From: Eledone cirrhosa
Taxonomy: Eukaryota
Length of the DNA stretch: 64,000 nucleotides
Direction of reading: 5' to 3'
NCBI GenBank assembly: GCA_964016885.1
Contig: OZ024743.1
Location: forward strand, 349,928,001-349,992,000
The notes below the pieces were generated by a model. That model did not search any database. It was given only the letters and a program-made list of their open reading frames with translations, and was not told the origin of the DNA. The position numbers and the translations under genes are program-made. Of this stretch, positions 14,582 through 27,949 are shown in pieces (positions within the stretch are counted from its first letter, which is position 1; every line of letters begins with the position of its first letter).

Positions 14582-14635
<54 letters not shown>

Positions 14636-14764
14636 CCACCCTTACACGCCTCACATCTTTTTACAACTTGTATTTTAACTTTTATTTTCCACTTCATGTT
14701 TTATCTTTTTCTCCTTTTTTCCACTAACTCCCCTCTCACTCCTTCTCGCAGTTCCTCCCGCCAC

Positions 14765-14800
14765 TCTCCTGAATAAGGGCTTATGCCCGAAACGTCGCAC
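14765..14800 (+). ncRNA. Degenerate hammerhead core in a PLE-LTR-like remnant
   Basis: CTGAATA-A-GGGC[TTAT]GCCC-GAAA-CGTCG. G8 is replaced by T and stems I/III are not evident. Confidence 0.5.
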
Positions 14801-14900
14801 CCACACGCCCCACTCTCACTAAGCGCGAATCTAATGCCATTTGTAACTTATACTCCTGCGTTGTTGTTTCTTATATTCCTATATATGTACATATATATAA

Positions 14901-14952
<52 letters not shown>

Positions 14953-14955
<3 letters not shown>

Positions 14956-15063
14956 GTTTCTACTTTAGGCACAAGGCCAGCAATTACCCAGTTCATTACT
15001 GGTACTTTATTTTATCGACCCCGTAAGGATGAAAGGCAAAGTCAACCTCGGCGGGATTTGAAC
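14953..15063 (-). mobile_element. SINE, 5'-truncated
   Basis: Reverse complement of the SINE core and tail. Confidence 0.8.
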
Positions 15064-15538
15064 ATATATATATATTGCATTGACTTAAGCTCATTCTTAT
15101 CATTCACACTTCGTAGTTTGCAGACGGATAATATATCGATCGGATAATATATCAATCGTATTGGTTTCATTATAAACATGTAATAATTGTTTTCACATAT
15201 GGTTTAAATTTCTAACTGCTGACTAAACGATTTATAACATTTACAATAGTTATAATATACTGTCTGATGCATACAGGAATATGTATGGCTTCGATATAAA
15301 TTCTAAGCAGAAAAATATTTATGCGGTTTAGGAGTTTGATCCACAATGACATGGGCTCTGTCCCTCTGTTTGCCACTTGGTCTAATTCCTTCTACTATAG
15401 TTTCGAGTTGAGTAATATGTCTTCTGAATGGAAGTCCTCAAATGTAGGTATGTTTGTATGAATGTATGCAGACACACACACATACATATATATATAAATT
15501 GAATATATATATGTATATATATATATATATATGTATAT

Positions 15539-15682
15539 ATTAAAATACAAATATTAATAAAATAGATGTTCTTTTGATCAGTTAAATTTTATTATACATA
15601 TTTCGGAGGTACAACCGAAATATGTATAATAAAATATAATTGATCAAAAGAACATCTATTTTATTAATATTTGTATTTTAAT
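15539..15682. repeat. Palindrome of hammerhead 3' half plus tail
   Basis: Arms ccGAAAt[atgt]aTAataaaat...aaaagaacatctattttattaatatttgtatttta around an 8-nt spacer. Same family as 17875-18000. Confidence 0.85.
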
Positions 15683-15834
15683 ATTAATAACTCTGGAAAA
15701 TTATTTACAGTAGAGTGCTTCCAATCTACTGTAAAACTCATTCTTTGATATACTCATTGAATCTTGTTTAACTCTTTAATATATATATATATATATATAT
15801 TGAAATAAGATTGGTTACTCCTTCATTACGTTTA

Positions 15835-15925
15835 TTGGTTGGTGACGTGCGTTTCGCCACTGCTCAGCTCAAGGTTCGATCTGTATCGATCTGACCCAAC
15901 TCTGTAATCCGCGGCTCGTCAGAAC
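15835..15925 (-). ncRNA. Hammerhead-like core inside inverted repeat 15800-16025
   Basis: Reverse complement: CTGACGA-GCCGC...long stem II...GTGGC-GAAA-C[GCAC]G-TC. Mirror arm has GAAAC[GCCC]GTC. Stem I is weak. Confidence 0.6.
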
Positions 15926-16126
15926 TCTTATAATGTTAATTTTGCATTAACAGCGGCGAAACGCCCGTCACCAACCAATAAACGTAACGAAGGAGTAACC
16001 AATCGTCCTTGTTATCTTATTTCACTATTATACACTCCGTCTGACTCTACACCTCGACACTGAAGTGAACCTAAACATCGTGTGATCACCCGAGTGAACT
16101 TACAGTAACTCCAATTTACACTCCCT

Positions 16127-16184
<58 letters not shown>

Positions 16185-16208
16185 AATATATTATATATAT
16201 ATTGAATA

Positions 16209-16249
<41 letters not shown>

Positions 16250-16588
16250 TAAATTTAGTCCTTCATCAGTGATCTGCCAACCTTCATTGGCATTTCATCG
16301 CTTTAAAGACCATATACCTCCGGTTGGTGCGAGCAACGGCTAAAGAAAGTCCTTGGGACGCGTAAATAAGGGGAACGAGCGAGACTGTAAACAATCAAAG
16401 ATGGTAATGCAAGGAAAAGTGAGGAAGAAGGAGTCAAGTGCCTGAAATCGATGAACATAAGTTCTGTGAAATCATGGACGAGAGAGAATAAAGACCATCA
16501 AACCTGGTCGAAATGTGAGCAAGGAAAGAATTTCGCACAGGTCAAACGGGAGGAAGTAGGAGAGGGAGTAGCAGAGAATGAGTGAGTG

Positions 16589-16656
<68 letters not shown>

Positions 16657-16752
16657 CACATATATATGGTGTTTTCAGAAATGTATGTATATATATATAT
16701 ATATATACATACATTTCAGAAATGTATGTATATATATATATATATATACATA

Positions 16753-16886
16753 CATTTCTGAAGACTCCATATATATGTGAAGGTATGTATATTTCCTCTG
16801 ATAGTTTGTAAAATCTTTACATAGATCTATATGATATATATACCAACTCATATATATATATATATCCTGGAAACGATCGTAAAATG
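16753..16886 (+). ncRNA. Hammerhead with long TA-containing stem II
   Basis: CATTT-CTGAAGA-(about 105 nt)-GAAA-C[GATC]G-TA-AAATG. Homologous copy at 27313-27444 (-). Confidence 0.7.
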
Positions 16887-16942
16887 ATGAATTTTTTAAT
16901 ATAAGGAACTTGTTCTTTGTTTTTATTCATTGTTTTTATTAA

Positions 16943-17019
<77 letters not shown>

Positions 17020-17781
17020 TAAGTATAGACATATATATGAGGGAGTCCGACAAATACCAATTTGCCTCGATGATGGGATTAATAAAAATCAATTATTCAG
17101 AGCATAATACAAATTAATTTGGGAAACGTTTCCCAAATTAATTTGTATATTGTTTATGTCCCACAACCTAGCACTTCTACAGAAAGACATCATTAAAATA
17201 AGTACCACACTTGATTTTAAAATGTACAAGGATCGATATGATTGAATAAATAAAGGTAGTTCCACTATAGCTACCACGCTAGCTATTAACAGAATAAACG
17301 AAAGAGCAAGTTCATAACGGAGATTGTGTGAAAAATATCATACGTTTGTTTTAGATTGGAAGTTAGACATTACAAAATGTATATCACATTCATAAAAAAT
17401 AGGATGCTTTGCAATTTCTAACACAAAAGAATATACTTCTGAATGACACATGAAATCTCTCATATGATGCATTACTTTGTAATAATATATGTAAATATTT
17501 AATCACACACACACACATATATATATATATGTATGTGTGTGTGTGGTGTGTGTGTGTGTGTATATATATGTGTGTGTGTGTTTCTGTGTGTGTGTGTGTG
17601 TGTATGTGTGTTTGTGTGTGTGTTGATACATTTACATATATTATTGTAGAGTAATACATCATTTAAGGGATTTCATGTGTCATATTGGGGAAACAGAAAA
17701 TAAAGTGTCTTGATCAAGGAATAGAACACCCTACCTCACAAGTGTGTACCCATGCGCCTTCACATGTATACATGCATATAT

Positions 17782-17877
<96 letters not shown>

Positions 17878-17923
17878 TTAAAATACAAATATTAATAAAA
17901 TAGATGTTCTTTTGATCAATTAC

Positions 17924-17976
17924 ATTTTATTACACATATTTTGGATGTACAACAGTACGTCCTCATCAGACAAAAT
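17924..17976 (-). ncRNA. Hammerhead with G12 mutated, at the Helitron breakpoint
   Basis: Reverse complement: ATTTTGT-CTGATGA-GGACGTAC[TGTT]GTACATCC-AAAA-T[ATGT]G-TA-ATAAAAT. Confidence 0.7.
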
Positions 17977-20900
17977 ATAATGGTACATGACATACCCTGA
18001 TAATTTGCCCCTGCGCTTCGTTAATTGACATTGCGAAGCATGGCCTGACCGGGAACTGGGACTTCCGAAATGTGAAAGGTAGGTCTGCTCCTGATGGGAA
18101 AAGATGCATCCTCGGTATGAGCACAACCTTGCCCCGACCGCACCCTGTGATTATCGTGGCCTCAATCAGATTGGGAGCTAAGGACTTAACGACCAGACGT
18201 GTGCCATTGCATTGTTTCGGCGGAACCAAATTTCGAATGAGCATTAGAGAGGCACCAACTTTTAGTTTCAAAATGTGTGGGGGTACCTCTATTGGATAGT
18301 TGATGACGTCCTCGGGGTCAGGAGTTCTATCGATATACTTATATACGTAGCCATCCCCAGGAATGAGTTTTAGAATTTGATCATTAATATGGTTAGCAGT
18401 TTTATTCCTCGGGGCCAGAATAGCCCTTTGGGCAAGCCAATCCATATTCTGATAATTTGCTTGGAGATCTGGTAACACTGCATCCCTGAGATCAGAAGGC
18501 GTACTAACAACGGTACAAAGTGAGTCGATGGCAATATTACCCTTTTCATCCCCGGACATTTTGCCTTAGCCAAGTGCAAGGAGGGTGTGATAAAATGCTG
18601 CTAATGCGATATCACCTCGCATATGAGAACGCATGTTAGTGTGAAGTTTCAGAGTCTTCACCAGGGGCCACAATGCGGATGACTTAAGACACGCACGTAC
18701 TGCATCAGCTCTAGTCCCCTTGGGAATAACGGGAAGAGTTTGTCTGAAGTCCCCTGAAAGAAGAAGTGTTATGCCTCCCATGGGAGCCGTAGAGTCTTTG
18801 ATGTCTCTCAGAGTTCTATCTAGCACCTCAAGGGCACCTCTGTGGGCCATCGTGCATTCGTCCCAAACGATAAGCTTGCATCGTCTGAACACTTCTGCCT
18901 GATCGGAGCTCTTACTGATGTTGCAAGTGGGTGTCTCAGTCTTCGCTAAGACAAACGGGAGCTTGAAATAGGAGTGAGCTGTCCTGCCGCCCGGCAACAA
19001 AGTAGCCGCAATTCTAGATGATGCCACAGCTAAGGCATTGCCTTCTGTACGCCTAATCTCAGCTAATATTAATTTGGTGACAAAGGTTTTCCCAGTCCCC
19101 CCAGGAGCGTCCAGGAAAAAAATCCCCCCAGCTTTGCCCCGGACAGAATTAACAACGGAGCTGTAAGCGAATTTCTGTTCTGGAAGGAGCTTGGCTCATT
19201 CTCCGCTATGTACTGGGCAAGCTCGTCAATATTATAAGATGTCTCACGCAGCAAATCTGAAGACAGAGTGTTTGCGCCTTCCCGATTTGTTGAAGGTAGG
19301 CCATACACCGCCAACGCACTACCGCCCATATCGAGAACAGTATCTTCGATTTCAAGCAGCGCCCTGTTGTAAATGAGGTCACTGTACCCGACCTCCATCG
19401 ATGGGTTTAGCAACTGAGCGTGACGCAGGAAATCTTCAGACATGTAATCTTTGTAGCTAAGCCATAAAGAAGCCGGATCACCCAAGTCGCACCATAGGAG
19501 TAGAATAGCGAAAAGCGATCTTAGTCTTTTAGGAGATTTCAACAAAACGCCCTCTGCCATAGTGGCGCCCCATTGTGAATCATCCTCCACAAGGCCACGC
19601 CTAAAGCAGGCTTCCCGGAAAGTATCACATAATTCAACGTCAACAGTTCTTATGTCTCGAAAGCTTTGTGGGCCAAAAACCTCATGGAGGAGAAGGCGCA
19701 GGTGAAAACACTCATGTTGGTTGGGAGGTACAGTGTACACTCTTCCTAGACAACTGTCAAACTTGACACCAGGATGTCCTTCAACATCCTGACCTGACTT
19801 CCTACGCACCCAAGCGTTGTTTGACCACACGTAGTAGGACGGAACCTGAGGATATGAAAGTGTTTTTGCAAATGTCTCAAGTTGGCAAAGCGTAAAAAAA
19901 ACAGTCAAAGTTGTTTCTTTTGGATTGGCCGCCAAATGAGCAGCAGTCTGTTCAGTAAAGTAAGCCTGCTGGCCGTTTCACAAATGAACCGCTAGTTGTA
20001 TGATGGCGGGGTGCCTTTGGTGAAGTGGAAACCCGAATATCCGCCAAAAAGCTTCACCACTGCTGATATATCGACCTGCCAAGTACTCCGAGACCTCGTC
20101 CCTGCTATTGTCGTTTTGAAGGCCGAACAAGGCAGCGTCGGAACCCTTGTTAACATATTTACATATGTACTTTATCGACTTCACTGAATGACAGAACTCC
20201 ACATTTATATGAGCGTTGAACGTTTTCATCACAAATGGACAGTACGGGACCACCCACCTATTATCAACTTGATGACCCCGTAACGTCATAGTGAACCCAT
20301 CATTCTCAAGCCGCCTTCGTCTGTACAGTGGGTCTCCGTCGCCGCCGGTTTGGGTCTCCTCAACAAACCTCTTTGGGTATCGTTTAGTGCACACATGGTC
20401 CTTGTGGCATGAAGAGAACTCTTGAAAACCGGGACCGCACGGACCGTGCACCATGTGTGCCTTCACAATGTCGTACAGCTGCCGGTCAACAATGGGGTCC
20501 GGTATTTCCGTTGCGATGACGTCATCTATAACTGTAGGGTCTATTTTGGATACCAACCAAACCAAAATGTGCACGTGTGGCATCCCTCTCTTCTGCCACT
20601 CAACAGTATACATGTGGCACCTAACAGGCCCGAAAACCTTCCCTTTTTTATTAGATCAATTAGCTTAGCCAGATTCTGCCTGAAAACCCTGGCAATAATA
20701 TCATGCTGATGGCAGTACTGCTGCCCTGGGATAAGGTCCCCCGTAACCTAAACCCACTTGGGGTTACACGTAAACGTGATGAATAAATCAGGGCGCTCAT
20801 AATGCCGAACGAACGTCATAGCGTCCTGTGTTCGCTCGTGCATGTACCGCGGCCCGCCCGTATAGGTTGAGGGGAGAATGCACATTTTGCCGATGTTCCG

Positions 20901-22069
20901 GGGGTCAGTGTCATTCCTGATTCCGTCACGCGAATGGATATAGGAGTCTGAGCGCAGCTGCTTCTGATTCAATTTTATGAAGCACAGTCTCTCCGACTCC
21001 ATATTTGCAGCCATGTCAACTGCAAACTGGTGAAACAGTTCCCGTGGCCTGTGCAGGGTGCTGAAATCGTTAGGCCTCGTCATGGAGCGGTATGAGTATA
21101 AAGCCATACATGAAACAGTTTTAGATGTTGCAGCAGTGGGCTCGTTTGGTTTGCGCTGAGGAATGCCGAAATGGTACCCATCTTCTCCTATGCAGAAAGA
21201 AGGGGATACTGCAGGGCGTCGTTGGAACGATGCAACTCATTAATACGTCGAAGACCACTGTCACGACTTTGAAGAACTATGTCTCGCTTATTGTGCTGTT
21301 CACCATGGATAACTACGGCCACTTCATTGCACAAAGGAGCTTATAACGGTGTGCGTGCTCCCCAGAAGGTCTTTTGTCAGCATCGATGTCAATGGTGAAG
21401 TTTGGTGAAGGATTTGTTTCCAATGCGTATTTGAAACTGCGAATATAACTGTTGTGCTCATGAAGCATGTTTTGAAGACCGAGCAGTACGTCCCTTTCAA
21501 AAGTGTCAGCGTCAGTGTTTGCAGGTGTTGGAATAACGCCGAACCGCGCATCAACTTGCCTACTGTAGTTAGAAATGAAGTAAATTTGAAGGAACGAAGG
21601 CTTGCAATTTTGTAGTGGCTGGAGGGATCCAATAAGATGGTACACCTGCCCCTGGACCTTGAAAGTAGGCATCCAACCACTTTCTCTGACAACGTTAGCC
21701 CCGAAAGAAGTCATTTGAAACGCACAATTGTACTTCCTGATGAGTTGAAGGAATTTGGATGACCTTGAGGTAGAACCAGTAAGTAGTTCCTTCAAAGGCT
21801 CTGGTGGTTCCCCAAGAGGGGGAAAGCTTACCTTACCATTTAAGCAGCACATTGCAGGTGGCTCCCCAGCCCACTTTTTAGCATTGCAGAATTTGCAATT
21901 GAAAGGCATTTCCCCTATATTTATGTCGGCGCCCATCGAGTAGTTAACGTTGGGCTCATACTTGAAAGCCCGTAGGTGCCAGTATGGGCTGTTGGGGCTC
22001 GTCACACCGTCACACCGCGGGCAGCTTCTTGTCGTCGACTGTTCCGCGCCAACGTAGAATCTTGCTCCT

Positions 22070-22380
22070 GTGGGTCGTGGGAAGCTCTCGCAGCAGTAGC
22101 AGAAGCCACCCTTGCAATCCTAATGGAGCACTCGTCTGCATCTTCAGAAGCCATGGAAGCAGTCATAGCCGCAGCGTTCCTAGCAAGGCGATTCGTCCGC
22201 CGTTCCAAACCTTCCAAAGCCCTGGAAGCAGCAGTAGCCGCAGCGTTTCTAGTCAGTCGAGCAGCCCTTTGTTCCGGGCCCTCTGAAGCCCTGGAAGCAG
22301 CTGTAGCAACAGCGTTTCTATTCAGTCGAGTCGACCTTTGTTCCGGGCCCTCTGAAGCCCTGGAAGTAGCAGTAGAAGCT
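22070..22380 (-). repeat. Coding tandem repeat of about 60 bp in the Helitron N-terminus
   Basis: ccgggccctctgaagccctggaag recurs at 60-bp spacing and encodes AATAASRASEGPEQR-type units. Confidence 0.8.
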
Positions 22381-22743
22381 TTTTTTTTTTAATGACGTAT
22401 CACCCGCTCTGAATCGCACATCGCAGCACGTCTCGAGGCGTCGTATGAAGCCATCTTGGCTAGGCGTGCGGTGCGTTGTTGAAAACTTTCAGCAGCTCTG
22501 CATTCTGCTGAACGTTACGGCGCTCTGTGAAAGTCTTAAAGCAGTCTCCTCGGAGGACTCGTTTGGTGTAATCGCCCTCTGCGCCGCCGCTGACGTGGTA
22601 TGGCGACCGAGGCGACTTCTTTTTTTAGGTGAAATTGTATGTGAAAAAGAAAGGGTGAAAGTTACTTCTACAGCAAAATTGCCTTTGAAAGTATAAGGGT
22701 GAAACTGTCTGCGTTCCGCAGGGCAAAAAATGGGAGAACGAAC

Positions 22744-23570
22744 GGCAAATAAATAACTCACAGTTTGTTGAAAGCGCGCTTCTGTCAGCAATTTGAAGTT
22801 GTTTGGCCAAAAATCCCTATGTGGTTTTTTTTTTCACTCAATAAACGTGTAAATATGTTATACACAAAATTGTATTGTGTGTGAGTTTGATTATAGATGT
22901 TTTAAAAAAAGAGTTTAAGCGTATATAAGAGAAGGTTGCAGCATGTATTTTTTTTTTCGATTTTTAAGTGGAGTAGAGAGAGGAAATTATTTCCGTAATT
23001 GTGGGTGATTTTTAAATAAATAAATAGTTGTTGACCTAAGTTAGACCATTTACAACATTCTAACAGAGGCAAATAAATAACTCACAGTTTGTTTAAAGCG
23101 CGCTTCTGTCGGCAATGTGAAGTTGTTTGGCCAAAAATCCCTATGTGGTTTTTTTTCACTCAATAAACGTGTAAATATGTTATACACAAAATGTAATTGT
23201 GTGTGAGTTTGATTATAGATGTTTTAAAAAAGATTTGTTTTTTCTCTCTCTCTAAAGGAAATTATTAAGTAGTGGGTTTATAAACGTATATAAGAGATGT
23301 AAGCGTCATGTATTTAACGTTTGTCTCTGTCTCTCACTCTCTGGCTACCTCCTTTATTTTTTTCTCTCTCTCTAAAGGAAATTATTAAGGAGTGGGTTTA
23401 AAGCGTATATAAGAGAAGGTTGCAGCATGTATGGTATTAGGAAGAGTAAATCAGATTGTATTAGAGGGGTAAAGCGTCATGTATTTAGTCTTATCGATTA
23501 TTTCCGTAATTGTGGGTGAGTTTGAAGAGAATAAATAGTCGTTGACCTAAGTTAGACCATTTACAACATT
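22744..23570. repeat. Internal direct duplications in the Helitron 5' region
   Basis: 22744-22911 matches 23068-23232; 22987-23060 matches 23497-23570; 23236-23300 matches 23357-23420. Confidence 0.85.
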
Positions 23571-23676
23571 TTTACAGACATTTGAGTCGAATCGGTTTGA
23601 AATTGTAGTAAATGTATAAACATGGAACATGTACACACACACAACAACAACAATCTGCCTTTTATAATGATATATA

Positions 23677-23724
<48 letters not shown>

Positions 23725-24449
23725 CGTTTGTGTGTAACAATTATCAACGTCGTAACTGTACAATTTTGCCTACTGGTATGCTGCCAGAATACAAGTAAAC
23801 TAGTTGCACTAGGGCTGTGAGGCTGACGGCCTTTCAAGAGACCCACTCAATGAAAGGACAAATTCTTGAACTGACCGCTACATATATTACAAATAAAGAA
23901 TCACCGATGTTTATCAATTAATACATTATTAATTTGATTTACATAGGGTTTATTCTATTACATATATTTAGCAAACATGTCCATACGTCTCCATCACGCC
24001 ACGTGGTGAAGATGTATGAATATATTTGGCAAATATATGCATTTTCTATATTATATATAATTGATTCTGATGATTTCTCTACAGATGGATTGAGTGATAT
24101 ATCTTTTTCAGTAAAATGAAACATATTTATATCAAATAATGTATTATTTGTTATATATGCTCTGTGATTTGCAAATCAAAGATGACCGGAAATATGTTAA
24201 TTGGATTTATATCTTAACTATCTTTCACCAAACTAGATTTTGACAAAATTACATTAGAGCTTTAAAATATCTGAATGCCTTATGCCGTTGTATCATCAAC
24301 TTATATATATATATATATGAGTGTGTGTGTGTGCGTGTGTGTGTGTGTATGTATGTGTGTGTATGTGTGTCTGAGTGTGTGTGTGTGTGTGTGTGTGTGT
24401 ATTATAAAAAGACAGGAGGCTGGACTGGTGTAATTCCATAAAGATTTAT

Positions 24450-24510
24450 TATAATATGAACATTTCAATAACCGGGTTCAGTAGGAACCCGGTGACATCA
24501 TCAGGTATTC
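24450..24510 (-). ncRNA. Hammerhead-like motif
   Basis: Reverse complement: CTGATGA-tgtc-ACCGGGTTC[CTACT]GAACCCGGT-tatt-GAAA-T[GTTC]A-TA. Stem I is degenerate. Confidence 0.6.
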
Positions 24511-24660
24511 CTAAACTTATCCAACAAAGGAATATAATAATAGACACAATTCAAGGGGCTGAAAAGCAGAGAGAAATGCCCAAAGAAAGTGTGGTAAGAA
24601 ACCATGTGCACCATAACGCACCAGAGTACTCGAATCTTAGGGTAGTAGAGTGGGTAATAT

Positions 24661-24797
24661 GAAAAGAGTCAGGAACCCGACGGCTGAGCTCCGGCCGATT
24701 CGACAGTTAGAACCGAACTAACCCAGACAGCTGGGTTAGTTCGGATCTAGCTGTCGAAATGGCCGGAGCTCAGCCGTCGTGGTCCCTACTCTTTTCC
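24661..24797. repeat. GC-rich imperfect palindrome
   Basis: cgacggctgagctccggcc...ccgaactaacccag is mirrored by ctgggttagttcgg...ggccggagctcagccgtcg. Confidence 0.9.
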
Positions 24798-24800
24798 TAT

Positions 24801-24870
<70 letters not shown>

Positions 24871-25070
24871 ATGTAATCTGAGTTTTTCGAATATTAATAA
24901 TAATATTCGATTCGTTTGCAATTATGCAAACAAGCCTCATTTTTAAAGCCATGTCAGTAGAATGAGCCCCTCAATCTTGCTCTTGTGTTGGCATGTAAAC
25001 AGAACTGCAGGCACTAATGTTTCTGGGTATCACCCTTCATCAGTACAGTTCACTTTACAAACATATATGG

Positions 25071-25200
<130 letters not shown>

Positions 25201-25416
25201 GTATATATTTATATATATTTATGTGTGGGGGGGGGGCGAGAGAGAGAATGAGAGACTATAGTAATAATCGGTTCCCGTTAGTTAAATTAATGAATTTGTG
25301 TAACATGAAATCGAAGAGTGTCAACATACTGCTTGGAATACTCGATAACAAATTAACCAAAGGTCATCTACCTACCTGTATTCAACAAAGTGCCACCCCA
25401 GTTGAATTAAAGTACC

Positions 25417-25627
25417 CTCGCCCCACAGAAAATAATAATAATAATAATAATAATAATAATTGTTTCTACTTTTGGCACAAGGCCAGCAAATACCCAATGC
25501 ATTACTGGTACTTTATTTGATTGACCCCGTAAAATAAAGTACCAGTAATGCACTGGTTATTTGCTGGCCTTGTGCCAAAAGTAGAAACAATTATTATTAT
25601 TATTATTATTATTTTCTGTGGAGCGAG
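25417..25627. repeat. Palindrome made of two SINE 3' ends plus flank
   Basis: SINE tail, (AAT)n and flank ctcgccccacagaa are mirrored by ttctgtggagcgag. Confidence 0.85.
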
Positions 25628-25742
25628 CTGCTTCAATAATAATAATAATAATATTATGGTTATCAATGGTTAATATGATTGTTGTTATTTGATTACGAAC
25701 TCATTTATAAATTTGCATATTAATTTTTATGTTTCAATATAA

Positions 25743-26266
25743 TCTATATATATAAAGCTGTGGTTGTCTGTCTGTCTATCGAATTTTGGCACACATCTCT
25801 TAGAATCTCTGACGGAATTGCACCGAAATTGCTATACTTGTACATTGAGCCCTAGCGAAGACATCGGAAAAAAAATATTTCAAATTGACCCACCCTATGT
25901 GACGAAATCGAATCTAATGTATCGATTTTTGAGTGTAAGTGACGAGTTATTTCCCTTTGTTCTGTTTACATTGAGCGTCTTACGTTGTTTTTCTCTGCGT
26001 TGCAGTGTTTACATTTTCGATCTTTGTTAATAAATAACCAGTGCAGTTTTTATCCCCAGCATCCTCTTTTGTTATAACATTCGGGTTATCGTTATGTTTT
26101 CTTAACTTCATAAGGCATATTGTTGGTTGAGGGAATATTAATCAAAAACACCACATGCAAGTCTGCACAGTAGACACTACAGTTTTTAAGCCAAAAAAGA
26201 AACTTAACATTGTAACTTTAACACAGCTACTGAGCGACCCCGAGCAACGCCGGGCTTTACTGCTAG
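25743..26266 (+). mobile_element. Non-autonomous Helitron (524 bp)
   Basis: A|TCTATATATATAAAG...(gtct)n...subterminal hairpin CCCGAGCAACGCCGGG, ending CTAG|T. Confidence 0.85.
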
Positions 26267-26348
26267 TTCTTTATATTTCTATACATTTTATGACTTTATA
26301 CAAACTTGACGGCACGCCATCTATCTATCTATCTCTCAGTCTCTCTCG

Positions 26349-26480
<132 letters not shown>

Positions 26481-26574
26481 GAAAACGAAAAATCAGTGAT
26501 GCATCGGAACTCAATTTATTGAATATTACAATTCTTTCACCGGCGAACAGCAGATCTGCTCAGAAATCAATAGA

Positions 26575-26665
26575 CGCGACTGAGGAACCTGCGAATCCAG
26601 AATCAGGTCGATCCACACACAGATCGCACCTCGAGCTGTTCGCGGTGAAACAATTATAATACGTA
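26575..26665 (+). ncRNA. Hammerhead-like motif inside inverted repeat 26474-26711
   Basis: CTGAGGA-ACCTGCGAA...TTCGCGGT-GAAA-C[AATT]A-TA. Mirror arm reads GAAAG[AATT]GTA, giving consensus C[AATT]G. Confidence 0.65.
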
Positions 26666-26788
26666 ATAAATTGAGTTCCGATGCATCACTGATTTATCGT
26701 TTTCCATTCTATGATACTCTGCTCCGTAGGAACATAGAGTGCCCAACCGGCATACCGCCAATGGACGCATCTTAGCTACCAGAAGACT

Positions 26789-26821
<33 letters not shown>

Positions 26822-26951
26822 GTGAGGTTTTTTTTACAAAATCAAAAATAACCGAGGTGTCCAACATGAGTGAAAGTATAAAGAAAAAAAGATGAAATCG
26901 AAAATGCAAATGGAGTCTTATTTTAAAATATATATATATATTTATTTGGTT

Positions 26952-26988
26952 CCTTTTCCGGTTTCGCAGTTCTTCTGCTTTTCAAAAG
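26952..26988 (-). ncRNA. Degenerate U3-A8 variant hammerhead
   Basis: Reverse complement: CTT-TTGAAAA-GCAG[AAGAA]CTGC-GAAA-CCGG-AAAAGG. The UH triplet is lost. Confidence 0.5.
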
Positions 26989-27037
26989 TAGAATTGAGAT
27001 GGAGGGTCTGTAGTTTTTCTCACATCAGATGATTATT

Positions 27038-27075
27038 ATTTTTGAAAAGCATTAGAAATGCGCAACCGGTCAAAA
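27038..27075 (+). ncRNA. U3-A8 variant minimal hammerhead with one core mutation
   Basis: TTT-TTGAAAA-GCATT[AGA]AATGC-GCAA-CCGG-TC-AAA. Confidence 0.55.
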
Positions 27076-27184
27076 CTTAAAACTAAAACTGAATACTAAC
27101 CAATACTTATTACTAATTTTTACTTATTCCTAATTAAACTATTTTTCACTGGGAATAATTTGTCAGCATTTTCTTTTCCTTTTA

Positions 27185-27254
<70 letters not shown>

Positions 27255-27312
27255 AATTAATAAAAACAATGAATAAAAACAGAGAAACAGTTCCTTATAT
27301 TAAAAAATTCAT

Positions 27313-27444
27313 CATTTTACGAACGTTTCTAGGATATATATGTGTGTGTTGGTATGTATATCATATAGATTTATGTAAAAATTTTACAAACTATCAGAGG
27401 GAATATACATACCTACACATATATATATATGCTGTCTTCAGAAA
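27313..27444 (-). ncRNA. Hammerhead with long stem II inside fold-back 27252-27518
   Basis: Reverse complement: TTT-CTGAAGA-CAGC...CCTA-GAAA-C[GTTC]G-TA-AAATG. Mirror arm starts exactly at GAAAC[GATC]GTA (27441). Confidence 0.7.
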
Positions 27445-27716
27445 CGATCGTAAAATGATAAACTTTTTAATATAAGGAACTGTTTCTTTGTTTTTATTCA
27501 TTGTTTTTATTAATTTATCTTGACTCTGTTTTCCTGTGATTTTCATCGAAAAAATGTTTGAATACATCTTCTCTTTTCATGATATTTGGATTACATTGAA
27601 TTCTTCATACGGATTGGACACTACCGTGTATTTTTGGTGGATTTATCTACATATATATATACATATATATTTCCTTTGAAGGATAAAGACAGTATTCTGC
27701 TTTGATATGTTAATAA

Positions 27717-27905
27717 TTTGATAAGTTGATATTTGTGGTTGATTTATCCTAATATCTACATCGGAGACCACCAATTCTGGAAGTAAACGTTTACGCATTC
27801 ATTAAACACGTGTAAATTATGTAATAAATATTGGTCCTTCAATTAAGGAATTGTGTGTATTCATTATTGCTTTCTCCCTCTCTCATCCCCTCTCTCTCTC
27901 TTTCT

Positions 27906-27949
<44 letters not shown>

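Larger units (their letters stand above)
18000..23670 (-). mobile_element. Helitron, 3' end lost, Rep-Hel pseudogenised
   Basis: Rep motifs PDLFITFTCNPKW, EWQKRGMPHVHILVW (HUH) and KYICKYVNKG. Pif1 helicase IVWDECTM, GDFRQTLPV, CNGTRL and QFPVRPCFAMSIN. 5' TC at 23670 after an A. Multiple frameshifts. Confidence 0.92.

Noticed and set aside
16255-16315. Type-II hammerhead (GAAA-stem-CTGATGA on the minus strand)
   Set aside because: No UH triplet or stem I, and the putative stem is not conserved in the 33201 copy.
22070-22380. Regular repeats as a CRISPR-like array
   Set aside because: In-frame coding repeats of the Helitron protein, without unique spacers, in eukaryotic DNA.
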